Source of the DNA: Setoptus koraiensis
Lineage: Eukaryota; Animalia; Arthropoda
Length of the DNA: 64,000 nucleotides
Direction of reading: 5' to 3'
Assembly: GCA_048013815.1 (NCBI GenBank)
Contig: CM106585.1
Location: forward strand, 310,001-374,000
The translations under genes and the position numbers were made by a program. The notes beneath the pieces are model-generated. The model saw only the letters and a program-made list of their open reading frames with translations. It did no database searches and was not told the origin of the DNA. Below, piece by piece: positions 51,319 to 64,000 of this stretch (position 1 is the first letter of the stretch; every line of letters starts with the position of its first letter).

Positions 51319-54300
51319 CGCTGCCCTGATGGACGGGCGGTTGCAAAAACAGTGACTGCCTCTGTGCCGCCCATGGGCGGCTTGGGCGGCTGGGGTGAAA
51401 ATTTAAAAATTTTGGTTTTTTCGGCAAATTTTTGAGCTTTTCCGATGGACGATTTACAATAGAGAGTCCTTCAAGGAACGACTCTCTAATGTAAATAGTC
51501 AATCATCATGGTTACTTTACGAGTCGTTCATTATGTAAAACCATAAAAGTCTTAAAAAATAAGCAATACCTTCGGATTGAGATCGAGGTACCCGACATCA
51601 TCGAAGACAAAAAGAACAAGCCCCGTTTAGTAAAGGAGAGTTTCTTTGCCAGGTAAGTGTGACATGTCCTCACAATCATCCAGTTCATCGACTTTGGCAC
51701 CACTTTACTAATTTGTTTTCTCCCTATTATCCATGATGGAATCTTGTGATCGTAACTCGCACATAATTATCACTTTCATACCATAGGGTGGTTTTGCACA
51801 CTGTTTTGCTCGTACCTTGGATAAAGCTCCGGAGGATAGAATAGTAGAGGAAGTGCCATCAGAGATTACAAATTCTGATATGAATATCAGTACATCCAAG
51901 GTTGTATTGGATAACATCAAATATGGATGTATCCATATTTGATACGAGTGCTGATGCTTACGTAGTAAGCTTGGTATGAATTACAATTCAATTAAGCGAT
52001 TATACGATCAGACACAAGAGGTGATACCAACTAAAAGTATATAGAGAGACTATGCAAATAGAGTGAACGAACAAGTTCTTGGTAGAGGTTATTTTGTCAA
52101 ACATTGTTGTTTTTCGGTCGACAATTCATATGAATGCAATTCCACCAGTCGTATTATCCAAAAGTAAATCCGAATCAAAGTCTTCCTTGTTTTGGCTCTT
52201 CTAATCTAACGACGATTCGTCATTCAATGTTAACCTTTTTCCCGCGGCGACAACAATAACAAAGAACAACGTAGGAATGCCAGTTCGAAATGCCTACAGA
52301 CAAACCTTGTGTAGGGATATGAGGATAACCAAGTTCGTGGTATAAATATGATACTATTGCTGTAGGCATTACAAATAGACGATATGTGGAGTCGAGCTTG
52401 ATCATAACCATAGCTATATAGAAACGTTGAATCGTTTGTCTTTGATTATGTCTCAATATCATGTGGGAAACTCGTTCAGTCCATTCGAAACGGTTTAGCA
52501 GATCAGTGACCAACTTTCAGATGCTCGATGCGAGTGAAAGCCGATGGTGTCAGAATTGATTGGACCAGAATGGATTGTTGACCTTCTGAAATTCGAATCA
52601 TAAGCTAGGTATTTGAAAAATAAATAGTTTAGTGAAATGAAAAATTGATGTAATTTTTATAAAAATAACCATTTAATATGTAACTGCACTTGACTATCAA
52701 GCTAGTGTAATGTCGCCCGTGTTGTTATCCCAATACCACTGATGGCTCATCGGCATAACAATCTAGATCATTCGTGGACTCGTGTTGACTCTTCCTTTCG
52801 CAAAAACAAACTATAAGGGGAAGTAGAAAATTTGCATATGTTTGTATAGGGCGAATAATATGTAAACAATGCCGCTCTTTCATACTAGATCTGGCTAATG
52901 TGATCATGTTTCGTTTTGGTGTCTTGTTCCGGTTCATTGTAAAGATTGGACGCGCCCATAACAACAATGGCTTTTCATTCACCATTCAAATAGAGCATGG
53001 TCAACATTGATGTTAGTATAAGACAAACAAAGGCGAAACTTGATTAGATTCTGTCTAGAAACAGACAGCTATCAATATAACTGGGCGTGCACTGTCCTGA
53101 TTGCATTTCGTCGTTTGAATTAATTAATCAAATGCGCAGACAAGCTAAACATAAATTTCGTCGAAAATCTGATGCTCAATATTTGATCGAGTTCAATCTA
53201 TTGATTTCAAAGATCAATATTGACGTTGAATCAATCAGTCGATGGTCTACAAATCACTGACTAATTACTTTGATGCCAGTTCCGGTCGAGGGTTACACCG
53301 CCTAACATGGCTAACTGAAATTGCGATGACCGATTCATTGTTTAGACACGATGTTTAATGACTTGCCATAACTGGTGATAACGGACACCAAGGCAAAATC
53401 AATCATATGACAATATTTCGTTTGTGTCGACATGCTTAGTTGTTATGATTATCGGCATAATAATCATTACCATAATAATAATTAATGATGATTGGTGATA
53501 GTTGACATACAACACAGTAATTATCTGTGTGTGATTGTTTGAGATTAACTAAGAATTTTTGATCAAACCAACAGAGCATTAATTGAATTAGAAAAATATT
53601 ATTGATACACATGTACCACAGCCATTTGGCTAGCCAGAGGGAACTTGTCTTGGCATGGCTATCTGATATGTTTTCTTTGTTCTGAATATGTCGCTTCGTG
53701 TGTGAACTTGAACTTACAATATCATCATACAAACAAGTGTACAAATGTGCTGTGTTCAATACAATTTAATGCGGCAACCAATGAGAACAGCATTGGAATT
53801 CAATTCAATTTCTCCTTACAATGACAACCGAGATCATAAGCCGAGCAATCGATAGAGCCTATCTGTCCTCTTATTTCAGCAGCATTGGTTTGTCTAGCTG
53901 CTAGCGAATATCTGAGAAGTCATTTATTTATTGTGCATAGGGTTAGTTCAATCGCTTGATATCCATTCAAAAAATAGTGGCTTGCGTCAGTTATTATCAG
54001 TCACGAATTTCATTGAGATTGCAGTCGAAATGTAAGTCTGAATCTATCAGTTCTTATTGCCTTTGCGACCTTGACTTCGGCCTAACTGTGTTAGGCCAGT
54101 TAGAATTACTTTGGAGTCAGCTATTTGTATTGTCGTCTCAGTATGAGTTGTCGTTTGTGCGGTTGTTGTTGTTGTTGACGCTGTTGGAATTGCGGTTGAA
54201 CAATGGCAACTCAGCAATTCGGTAGCGGTGTTGCCCGTTGAAACTTTCTATCTTTTTCGCTCTGTCTATGTGTAGATAAAGAAAGTTCATGCCTCAATAG

Positions 54301-54994
54301 CTGCTCTAATAATTGATCTAAGAATCGACTCACACTCTTGTCGTCAAAATTGATATAATAATAATCAAACTCAAGTAGCAGTGTCTAAATTAGAATCATA
54401 ATTAAGGTAGCTGTTGTCGCCGCCCAATTGCGCTCTGATGAGCCATTCGTTAGAGCGGCTTCAAATTAAACTGTCTAACACACTGGCTGTTGATTAACAA
54501 CAACAATTGTCAGCGTTAGAAACACCTTGATAGTTGCCGAGACGCCTTTATCGTATGTTTTGGTGAGTAACGAAGTGCAACCATTTGATTGACCGGCTTG
54601 CGTAACAAGAAATGCGACAAGCAACTAACAAGACAGCAAGGCCAATAGAGACAAGTGACTAGTTGGCCAAAAACTGACCAAACTCGACAACAAGCCAATA
54701 CAGAAACACACAAGGAGTTGGATAGGAAGTGCGCTAGGCCAAATATATCTGCATATTGGCATTAAATAAGCTCACACTCAATAGCTCGTGGCTCGTTGAT
54801 GGATATCATGCACTCTTGTTTAGTCTATTGGTTGTTGTAGTTGTTGTTGTCATACGTGCACAACCGACAACAACAACAACATGTTTATTGTTGAATCACA
54901 CCGAGACGCAACTATCAAAATAAAAGCGAGAGCGAGAGAAAATAAATGACTAGTGTCAGTGTTTGTTTGTTTGTGCGTGTGACGCAATCGTGAA

Positions 54995-57226
54995 ATGGGC
55001 TCGAAATTATCTAAGAGGCCCGATGTGACAGTTTGCCAATATTGCACGCAAGCCGTATGTGTTTGCAGCTCCTACAAAGCTCGACGAAGTACCAAGAGCA
55101 ACAAAAATTCTGGCAACAACAACTACAACTACGGGCAAAGCAACCAGAGCGGCCCGCAAGAGATATATCGGCAAAGAACGACAACAATAACAAGCAACAG
55201 CTCCAACTCGATTCATGTGCGTGCCAACAACAACAACAACAGCAACGGCATCACTGTGACTAGCAGAGATAAAATTTCTCAGTCTGCCCAATTGACCGAT
55301 AGGCTTATAGTGGGGCCGTTTCAAAGAGATCACATTAGTGTCACAAACAACGACGTCAACTACAAACAACAACAACAACAGCGACAACAACGGCAACAAC
55401 AAGGTAAGTCGACAAGCTGTTTATTGCATTGCCCACTTACGAAACGGCACGTAGCTATATTATTTGTCGTTGTCTGCATCTAGCCGCACCATTGTCGAGA
55501 TATTATTGTTAGGTTTAGGCCAGGTTAGAGGGGATTTAGTTTTCAGTTGTCTGTGATCTGGCTGGTAGTGATACTCGAGCCATATAGCATCACGCCAACC
55601 GACTTGTGCGCGTGTAACACAATAAGTGTGTGTGTGTGTGTGTGTGTGTGTGCATCACGTAATACATAATGTACACATATGCGTGCGTCTGAATAAACCG
55701 ATAGTGTGCGGTAGTCATCTCGCATGAGGCCCAATATCAAGCTATCCGGCCAGCCAGCTATCATCTAGCCAGCCAGCCAGCCAGCCAGATAAATAGCAAT
55801 AGGAATAGCGGCAAATGATATTAGAGCCAAGTTATAAATATATCCAGCTATTGTGTGCTGATTACGCGCATGGGCCCCACTTTTTGCCACTCGGTCGGCG
55901 CCGTCGCCGGGCCCGCTGATGCCGTCATAACGCTTGTGACAAGCTTGCCGCATTGGCCTCAAGCCAGCATCGTGGCGCCCTCAAGAGATAGACACAAGAG
56001 GGCCCCATCGAGTGAGTGCGCTCCTTGAAAATTGTTGTAATCCCACGACGGGGACACCGACGCCATCGACGACATCGCCATCGACAACGACGACGACACC
56101 GACCAGCACGACGACGCGCACACGCACGCACACAAGACGCAGATTGGGTAGTGCTGACTAGCTGACTGGCGACTGGCTGGCTAACTGACTGGCGGACTGG
56201 CTGGCAGTTGGGGCCGACGAGCGCTGCAAATTCAATTTAGACACAGCGTCAGCTGCAACAACCAAGTAGCGACCGATAATATAAAATAACATTGACGTCG
56301 ATGCGACAGTCTAGCTAACAGTGCATTGGCGCGCCCCTTTCGCTAGGCCTAGTCCCATTTTACTAACACCGCTAGCCGGCCCAGTGGCCGATTAATAAAA
56401 GCAGTCCGAGCCCAATTATAAGCAAGTCGCGCAAAGTCGCTTAGTTCGGTCTAAATATATTGCAACTATCAGCAGCCTATAGCCAGCGAGGCCACATATA
56501 AACCAGTGAGGCCACATATAAACCGGTGAGGCTACATATAAACCAGTGAGGCTATTTCACATAAACAAACAACGTCGGTTTACATCAATAAGGAGCAAAG
56601 TTGATAATTGAATTTCATTATAACATGCAGCAGTTGAGCGGCAGCATTAAAGTAAAGCGAGGTACAGCCAATAGATGAGTATAATCTAGTGATATATGGC
56701 AAAGTAAAGTGCGCTCGCAGCGCCAACACCAACCATGCCCAACACAAACAAATAATACATGACAATTCATATATCTAATTATCGCCAAGACATTGTGTTG
56801 CGACATTTTGCAATAATGGTCATCATTAGATCATCGTTGCAGCGCAGTTGTTAAATCGTTGCGCCGCTCATAATACTGTCACACAATACATGCAAACATA
56901 TATAAACATTAATATATCTATAGATAATCAGGGCACGAACACATAGGTGACATTGCAGCAACAAAATAGGCGACATTGCAGCGACAAACATTCTTTGCCT
57001 ATTGGTCACAATTTGCCCGTTTGGCCACTATTAACTCACAAGTCACATAATGATGAAAATTATTAATGCTCGCTGACATTAGTGGCGCCCAACAATTTGC
57101 CCGCTTACGGCCATTAGCGATTAATACAAGTAATCAATAAAATAAATAGCGTGTACCTGTGCGCACGTTTTTTACATAACTGCGACACACATTAGAGTCG
57201 GACTATTCCGTTCATAGGCAGTTGCC

Positions 57227-57272
<46 letters not shown>

Positions 57273-58863
57273 CAACACCCATTGGTGAGCTTATCACAAG
57301 CTGGAGAGTCTAGACAGATTTTTTGCCGACTGAGAATATTTTCCAACAGTATAAAAAATCTGACATATGCGCAATTCTTCCTCATTCTCTCACTCTAACT
57401 CGTTCCACTCTGACGCTTCGTCGTGGCGCTGAACTTTACTCGACAACGAAAACACCGCCGCAACAACAACGACAACAACAACGACGACGACGACGACGAC
57501 ATCACAACAACAACCTCACCCAACAATACATACATAATACACACATAATAATGTTGCTCGTCTAGCCAGTGACGACATTGCCAATAGGGTAAATTGCATC
57601 ACAAACGATTTGCATCGGCAGCAGCAGCAGCAGCCAATTGATGATCGGAAGATCGCGCCATTATTGTTGCCTGTATCGGAGTTGTCAAAAGTGTCTGGAG
57701 TATTAGAAGCGGGCACCCAATCGCACTTGTCACACCAGAGAGGATCGTCGTCTTTAGGATCGACACAATTGTCGGAGATATCAAATAGAAACCAAATAAA
57801 TTCAAATTTCGATTCGATTAGCCGTGCCAGTGACAGTGCGAGCACAGACGCTAGTGAACAACAACGAGCGCCAAGTGAATTGACAAGTGTCGCTAAACAG
57901 CCACCACAAATCATAACATTACAGCAGCAGCAACAACAACAGCAACAGCAACAACAACAGCAGCAGGAAAACAACAAGGACCGGCGACTCGCAACTGGCA
58001 GCTACAACAGCAACAGCAACAACAGCGACAACAACAGCAACGACAACAGGCAGTTAGTGAATGAGACAACTAATAATGAGACAAGTATTATTGCAGTGAA
58101 CAGCCGTAAAGAGACTAAATTTTATTGTCCCAATTGTTCTATAACATTAAATCACATTAGAGTGTGCCATTGCCCATCGGGATCGTGCACAGAGTATTTG
58201 ACAGCTGCCACTGGTGAATCATATTTATTAAGGAGCGACCAAACGCAGCCATTCGCAGTGTCAGTAGAGGCAGAAAATGCGATAAGTGAAACAACAAACA
58301 AAAAGAAAAATCAACAACAACCTGCTGCTACTATCACCGATAACAACATTACAGCAAGTCATTTGCAATTCATTCATACTAATGCGTTTGAGCAAACAAC
58401 AACAACAACACATAGAGACGACACAAAGAAGCCATTAACGGTAATTAATAGCAGCCCGTTAGTCGAATATCAACACCCAACACTGAACAGTTCAATTAAC
58501 GAGCGCATAATATCCAATAATAAGGCCAACAAATACAAATTGCATTATTTGAGTCAACAGCAGCAGCTTGCATCTTGTGGCATTTACTCGTCTGCCAATT
58601 CGTCTGCTAATTCGTCGTCTGCGACAGATAGCTCAAACCAATCATCGACAGGTTCATCGCCTCAGTGGTACCCGTTATCCGCTCGTTATTCGCCAAAACA
58701 ACAAACAAATCAACATCTTGCAGCCCACAATACGAACAATACGTTCCTTAGTTATTCAAAACATTCAACAAAGCAAATAAGTGGCAACATTCCAAAAATG
58801 ACCGATTCAAAGCACACAGCCAACGGTATGCATCTGGTTCAAGGAGGCCAAGACCAGTTCAGG
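54995..58863 (+). CDS. Uncharacterised Q/N/S-rich protein; predicted exons 54995-55403 and 57566-58863, continuing downstream
   Basis: Long ORFs, phase-compatible GTAAG donor and TAG acceptor, further GTGAG donor at 58864; MGSKLS start; no recognisable domain. Confidence 0.45.
56488..56553 (+). repeat. 20-bp tandem repeat GAGGCCACATATAAACCAGT, about 3.3 copies
   Basis: Direct reading. Confidence 0.9.
57228..57268 (+). repeat. (CA)n microsatellite
   Basis: Direct reading. Confidence 0.97.
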
Positions 58864-61346
58864 GTGAGTTGAGTTGTAATAGTAATTCATCATATCACAA
58901 TATAAGTTATATAAAGCAACTTTATCATGCCTGTACTGCTACAATGATTGAACTCGATAGAAAGTTGCATCTCATCACAACGTAATCACACCCAAGGGTA
59001 TACAGTGTGGCGCCAAAAGTTGCTGGCACCGCCATAATTAATATTATAATTGTTGTTATTATAAATGTCATATTCATCATCGGCAAGCTCATAATTGCAA
59101 AGGTTGGGCTCACCTATGATCGTTGACAATCACGGTCGCGGGTAAGCCCTGAGGTGAATGATTGATTGGGTTTGGTGCAGATAATTATTGAATATTGTGA
59201 CACAATAGACACAGTTGAATTGGTTCACTAACAGCCAACTGGAGCACAACAGGCAAAAAGATGATTGCGAAAAGAGTAAAATTAAATTACATATTCATCA
59301 TCGTCAACAAATATTTATAGATTAATCAGGTCACACATAAATATTGATAGATTAGCCAAAGAACGTATTGTTACTATTCGAGCACGTTGCATGTCTGCAG
59401 ACTGCATGCTATTGATACTATCAAATCGATACAAGCCAGCAGAACGCGACTGGTGCCGTTATAACGCTCTCTTTCTTCACGAGATAGAGTATACGTCATA
59501 AAATAATGTTATTATTTTATGCTGGCACTACAATTATTTTTCCTTGTTGATGTTGCTGATGTTGCTGTTGTCACTTGGCACTTGTCACTGATTGACTTTT
59601 TACACTTGACAGTGAAACAGCAATAACATTGATATTGCATATTGTTTGCATAAAATGCGATTGAGTCAGTTAGTTAGTTAGCAAGCTGATAGCGTCGACA
59701 TGAAGCGTTATAATAATCATAGTGTAACTCGTCGTCGATAAGTAATTATCGGCTACCCACTCCTATTCTTTCTACTTGCACAGCTATACTTCAGCATGCT
59801 TGTGAAACCAACACGCCACACAACAACAACAATACTCACACCACCACCAGCGCCATCTCATTGCTGTCCTGTACCTGTCATGTCATCAAAGTTTATACGC
59901 TCATTCGACATAAAGCTGGCAAGCTAGTTGTATCAAGCTAATATTGATATATGAGTGTGTGATATGCATGTATCTTTTGTGTGTGTGTGTTATACTCAAC
60001 GTTACACCCACAAGATCAGCAGACACTCGCCAAGATCACCAACACGACTAACACCGCTTGACTCGTTAGCCAAATAGCTGGCTTTCCATAATGCTCGTCT
60101 TGCGTCTCGGATCGTCTGACACTTGTTCAACTTGTTAGCTTATCCGTGCTCATGCTCATCACTCATTATGATTAACAACTCTGGCGATCTAGATGAGTTG
60201 ACTTTGACAAGCACTCCATTCATTGCGTTCACTGCATTTACCAATAACGATACACTCAAGAATAATATCGAAAAGCCAGAACACTCTGATCGCTATTTCA
60301 GGGCTGCAATGTTGTTGTTGTTGTTGTTGTTGTTACATCCACAACACCAGTCAGTGTGTGCGTCTTGCCAATGTCAAGTGGATCGATCTCTTGAATTTTG
60401 TCGGAATGAGAAGAAAAGACAGCGCCGCGTCCGTTGTGAATTTTCAGTGTCAAAATGAAGTGTTTATGAATAACTACAATAATAATGAGAGTACCCTGAA
60501 AAAGTAACAAGTGCTCGCTCTTAACGCGCTCAAAACGCTGGTTTCACAGCAGGTTCAAAAGAGTAGCAGCGGTTGTTATTATCTGATAATCTCCAATAAT
60601 CGCCGAGTAACTCTATACCCTATCCATGATAAATGGCGATGGCTCTATAGGAAATTGGCTCTAACAAGTTTCTCTGAAATCTTTATCTGACATTCAAATG
60701 AAAAATTGAAAAAAAAAACTGAACAAACATTGTGAAATATGCGCTTTTGAAAAGCTTCAAGGGTTTTACACTCAATTGCGACCGCCGTTGCTGTAGTCGG
60801 GTATTTGCTCGAAACTCTATCTCCACTTGGCTGTTGTTGCTTCTTGACGTGATTATTTTTGCAGAGGCAGCTGACGAGCAGCCGCAGAAACGTGGTGCCG
60901 TCAACAAAAACATGCAGTTGTCGATCCGTTAAGAGAGACCCTATCTGGTGTGTATCCACTCTACTTGTCAGCTTGTCTGCAATGGCACCAGTCGGCCCGA
61001 AAATACAGCAACCTTTTAACAGCTCCCAGGCAAGTGACATTTTTTTTTTTGGGATATTTTCAATTTAAATAGTAAATAATCAACAATACAATCACAACTA
61101 CACACCAGCCACACCAATGCTCGCCTGTCAGGGCGCCCGCCTCGCTAGGGGCCTCATTGTTTACCGTTGTCGTGGTTGTCAGCCAATGAGACAACTCAAC
61201 CACAACGTAACTAGACTGACGCACACAATATCCCTGTTAGATAGTTCAATTCTCAAGTAACGAAAACTGATCCTTGTTTTTCTGTTTGCTCATTCGCATT
61301 AAATTCGCATTAATGTACTACTAAATATCATGTATCAAATCAACAG

Positions 61347-63128
61347 GGACTGGCCTACACCAATGAGGAACGAAAGAAACTGGGCATTCTGGGCCTCATT
61401 CCGCCCGCCTATCAATCGCAAGATTTACAAGTGGAGGTAGTGATGAATTTCATTGATAATATCGGCGACGAATTGAACAAATACATCTATTTAAGACATC
61501 TCAAGGATTACAATGAGCGCCTATTTTACAAAGCACTAACTCAAAATGTTGAAAAACTAATGCCGTTGGTATACACACCCACAGTTGGTTTGGCATGTCA
61601 AAAATTTAGCCATATCTTTATGCGTCCAAGGGGCCTATATATCACCATTGATGATTTGGGCCAGGTAGGCCAAGTGCTGGCCAATTGGCCAGAGAAAGAA
61701 GTTAAAGCAATTGTTGTAACTGACGGCGAACGTATTTTGGGCTTGGGCGATCTGGGAGTCAATGGCATGGGCATTAGTATTGGCAAGCTATCATTGTATA
61801 CCGCCTTGGCGGGTATTCCGCCCAAAAATGTGTTACCTATCACCATTGATGTTGGAACAAATAACCCAATTTACATTAAGGACCCTCTGTATATGGGCCT
61901 CAGGCAACAGCGCGTCAGGGGCGAGAAATACGATCAATTAATGGAAGAATTCATGCAGGCTGTTGTGTCGAGATTTGGTCGGTCTTGTTTGATACAATTC
62001 GAGGATTTTGCCAATTCGACAGCCTTTGATTTGTTGAAACGTTACAGAGATCGCTATTGTACTTTCAACGACGACATCCAAGGAACAGCGTCTGTTTGTT
62101 TGTCGGGACTGTTCTCTGCAGCCAAGATAACCAACACCAGAATGGGCGATCACACTTATTTGTTTTACGGCGCCGGCGAGGTGAGTTAACAGAATTCCAC
62201 AATTTACAACTATTCCAATGATAGAATTATTAATCAATTATTATTTTTATTATTTTTCAACCTAAACTATTCACGACAGGCCAATCTGGGCACGGCGCAA
62301 CTACTGGTTATGGCCATGATTGAGTATGGCGTTAAAGAGGCAGACGCTAAAAAGAAGATCTGGCTAGTAGATTCGCGCGGTCTTGTTGTCAAGAATCGCG
62401 ATGGAGCCCCCATAAGCGGACACAAGGCGAAATTTGTTCAAGATGGACCTCCACTTAGAGGTCTCGAGGAGATTATTGATTTTGTTAAGCCTACGGCGCT
62501 CATTGGAGCCTCCGCTCAGGGTGGAGCCTTTAATGAAACTGTTTGTTCTAAGATGGCGAAATTAAATGAACGACCCATAATATTTGCTCTTAGTAATCCA
62601 ACTTCAAAGGCTGAGTGTACGGCCGAACAAGCCTACAAATGGACTCAGGGCAAGTGTGTCTTCGCCTCGGGCTCCCCATTTGATCCAGTTCAATATCAAG
62701 GCAAAACATACATAACTGGCCAGGGTAACAATGCCTACATATTTCCTGGCGTTGGTCTCGCGGTTATAGCAGCCAAAGTGCACGCAATACCAGAAGATAC
62801 ATTCCTAGTGGCAGCAAAGGCATTGAGCGATCAATTGACCGATAGTGATATTCAAGTTGGTCTCGTTTATCCGAGCTTAACTAAGATACGCCAGGTTACA
62901 TTGAAGGTGGCCACCAGAGTATTTCATTATTTTTACGCTGAACGACTCGCAAATCACAGGCCTGAACCGCAAGATAAGCTGAGCTACTTGAGAAATATCC
63001 AATATAACTATGATTATGAAACAACATCATCGTTAGCCAAGCTTTCATTGGATAGCGCCACTAGAAGTCATCAGGACAGTCAGACAATGAACAAAAATGG
63101 GGCCACTTTGTTCACCGGTAACCGATAA
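61347..63128 (+). CDS. Men: NAD(P)-dependent malic enzyme; exons 61347-62180, 62280-63128; 5' exon(s) unresolved
   Basis: GLAYTNEERKKLG, YTPTVG, VTDGERILGLGDLG, IQFEDF, FNDDIQGTA, GAGEA, IIFALSNPT, QGNNAYIFPG. Confidence 0.93.
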
Positions 63129-64000
63129 ATTTCTGGCTTTAATTGAGAGGAATGGATATTATTTGACTTTGTTGATTATTGAGTATGTAATATGAGTATG
63201 TCGCTTACTAGTTCGATAGTAAAGAGGTTTGAAAGGTACTAGTGACGCCATGACAGAATGAGAGAGTCACGTCAAATCTAATCACGTCTAAAGAATAATA
63301 CTAAAGGATACTGAGGAATACTGAAGAATTATGAAATAAACAATTTGATCACACATCTTAAATCAAAGTAAAACACCATGTCAAGATAGAATAACAATAA
63401 AATAGAGTATCTCTGAATACGACACCAACTCAATTGTGAATATCTTCTGCTGATGATTGTGGCTGTATCCGGCCTCGTCATACAGTATTGATTATATAGC
63501 CTGCATTTTTGTATTTTTCTCATTAGCTAACTCTCAGCTCTTATTCGACGGGCAAGCGACAGATGATTTGTCCAGCTTTCGCTTCAAGTTTCCGACAGAC
63601 TTGTCCACCCTTGCATCGCTTGATACATTTGCAGAAATTATGCTGCTCTCTCGACTGAAATCAAACATGACCAACCAATGCAGCCATGGGCGTTGAGCTG
63701 TCAGGTCCATCAAATGACAAGCTTTATGGTAATTAACAAAAAGCTATTATAAACAACGGACGCTCATCAAACGTTCTTGTGTCTGACGCAAGGATGACCC
63801 ACCGAAGAACCAACAAATCGACTACACGTATATGGCCATCGCACAACAAACAACCATTATCGCTGTAAACGTTATAACTCGCTATGCTGTATGAGTACTA
63901 TACGACGGGCAACACCCTTGTCCAATTGGCCATGTGATCGTTGTTTGTTACAGGCATTACAGTGACAAAGGACATGATCACGACGGTGATTACGTAATAT

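Noticed and set aside
41133-51320. About 55-bp direct repeat read as an unusually long target-site duplication
   Set aside because: Better explained as copia LTR 3' ends: TG..CA boundaries, PBS, gag start and a true 5-bp TSD CGCTG.
51324-52520. Palindrome GCCGCCC-AT-GGGCGGC and decayed hydrophobic frames (possible MITE remnant or chemoreceptor pseudogene)
   Set aside because: No paired termini or TSD, and multiple stops with only a weak GFTFG resemblance; cannot be supported without a search.

Overview
Eukaryotic (arthropod, probably mite; inferred from compact, intron-poor genes) genomic window. Two dense nested-transposon islands (about 1-12.0 kb and 41.0-51.3 kb) flank a TE-free gene block (cathepsin-like pseudogene, PLD3, formin, misshapen/MAP4K, dynein intermediate chain, MOB4, RGS protein, CYP3-clan P450, OFA-type MFS transporter, CWF19L2, MIF). 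A Q/N-rich uncharacterised gene and malic enzyme follow. The islands resolve almost base by base. Island 1 is a minus-strand Ty3/gypsy element (LTR, tRNA-iMet PBS, gag, RNase H, integrase) cut by Merlin-like MITEs with 8-bp TSDs. Island 2 is a plus-strand Ty1/copia shell (LTRs, 5-bp TSD CGCTG, apparent half-tRNA-Ile PBS) containing a second gypsy interrupted by four same-orientation non-autonomous Helentrons (HINEs) carrying different satellites. Most notable: the MITEs carry a conserved, strand-specific cassette of GNA-triloop DNA mini-hairpins whose loops vary only at N; the copia PBS has a C exactly opposite tRNA wobble position 34 (inosine signature); and the HINEs share termini but swap satellite cargo.
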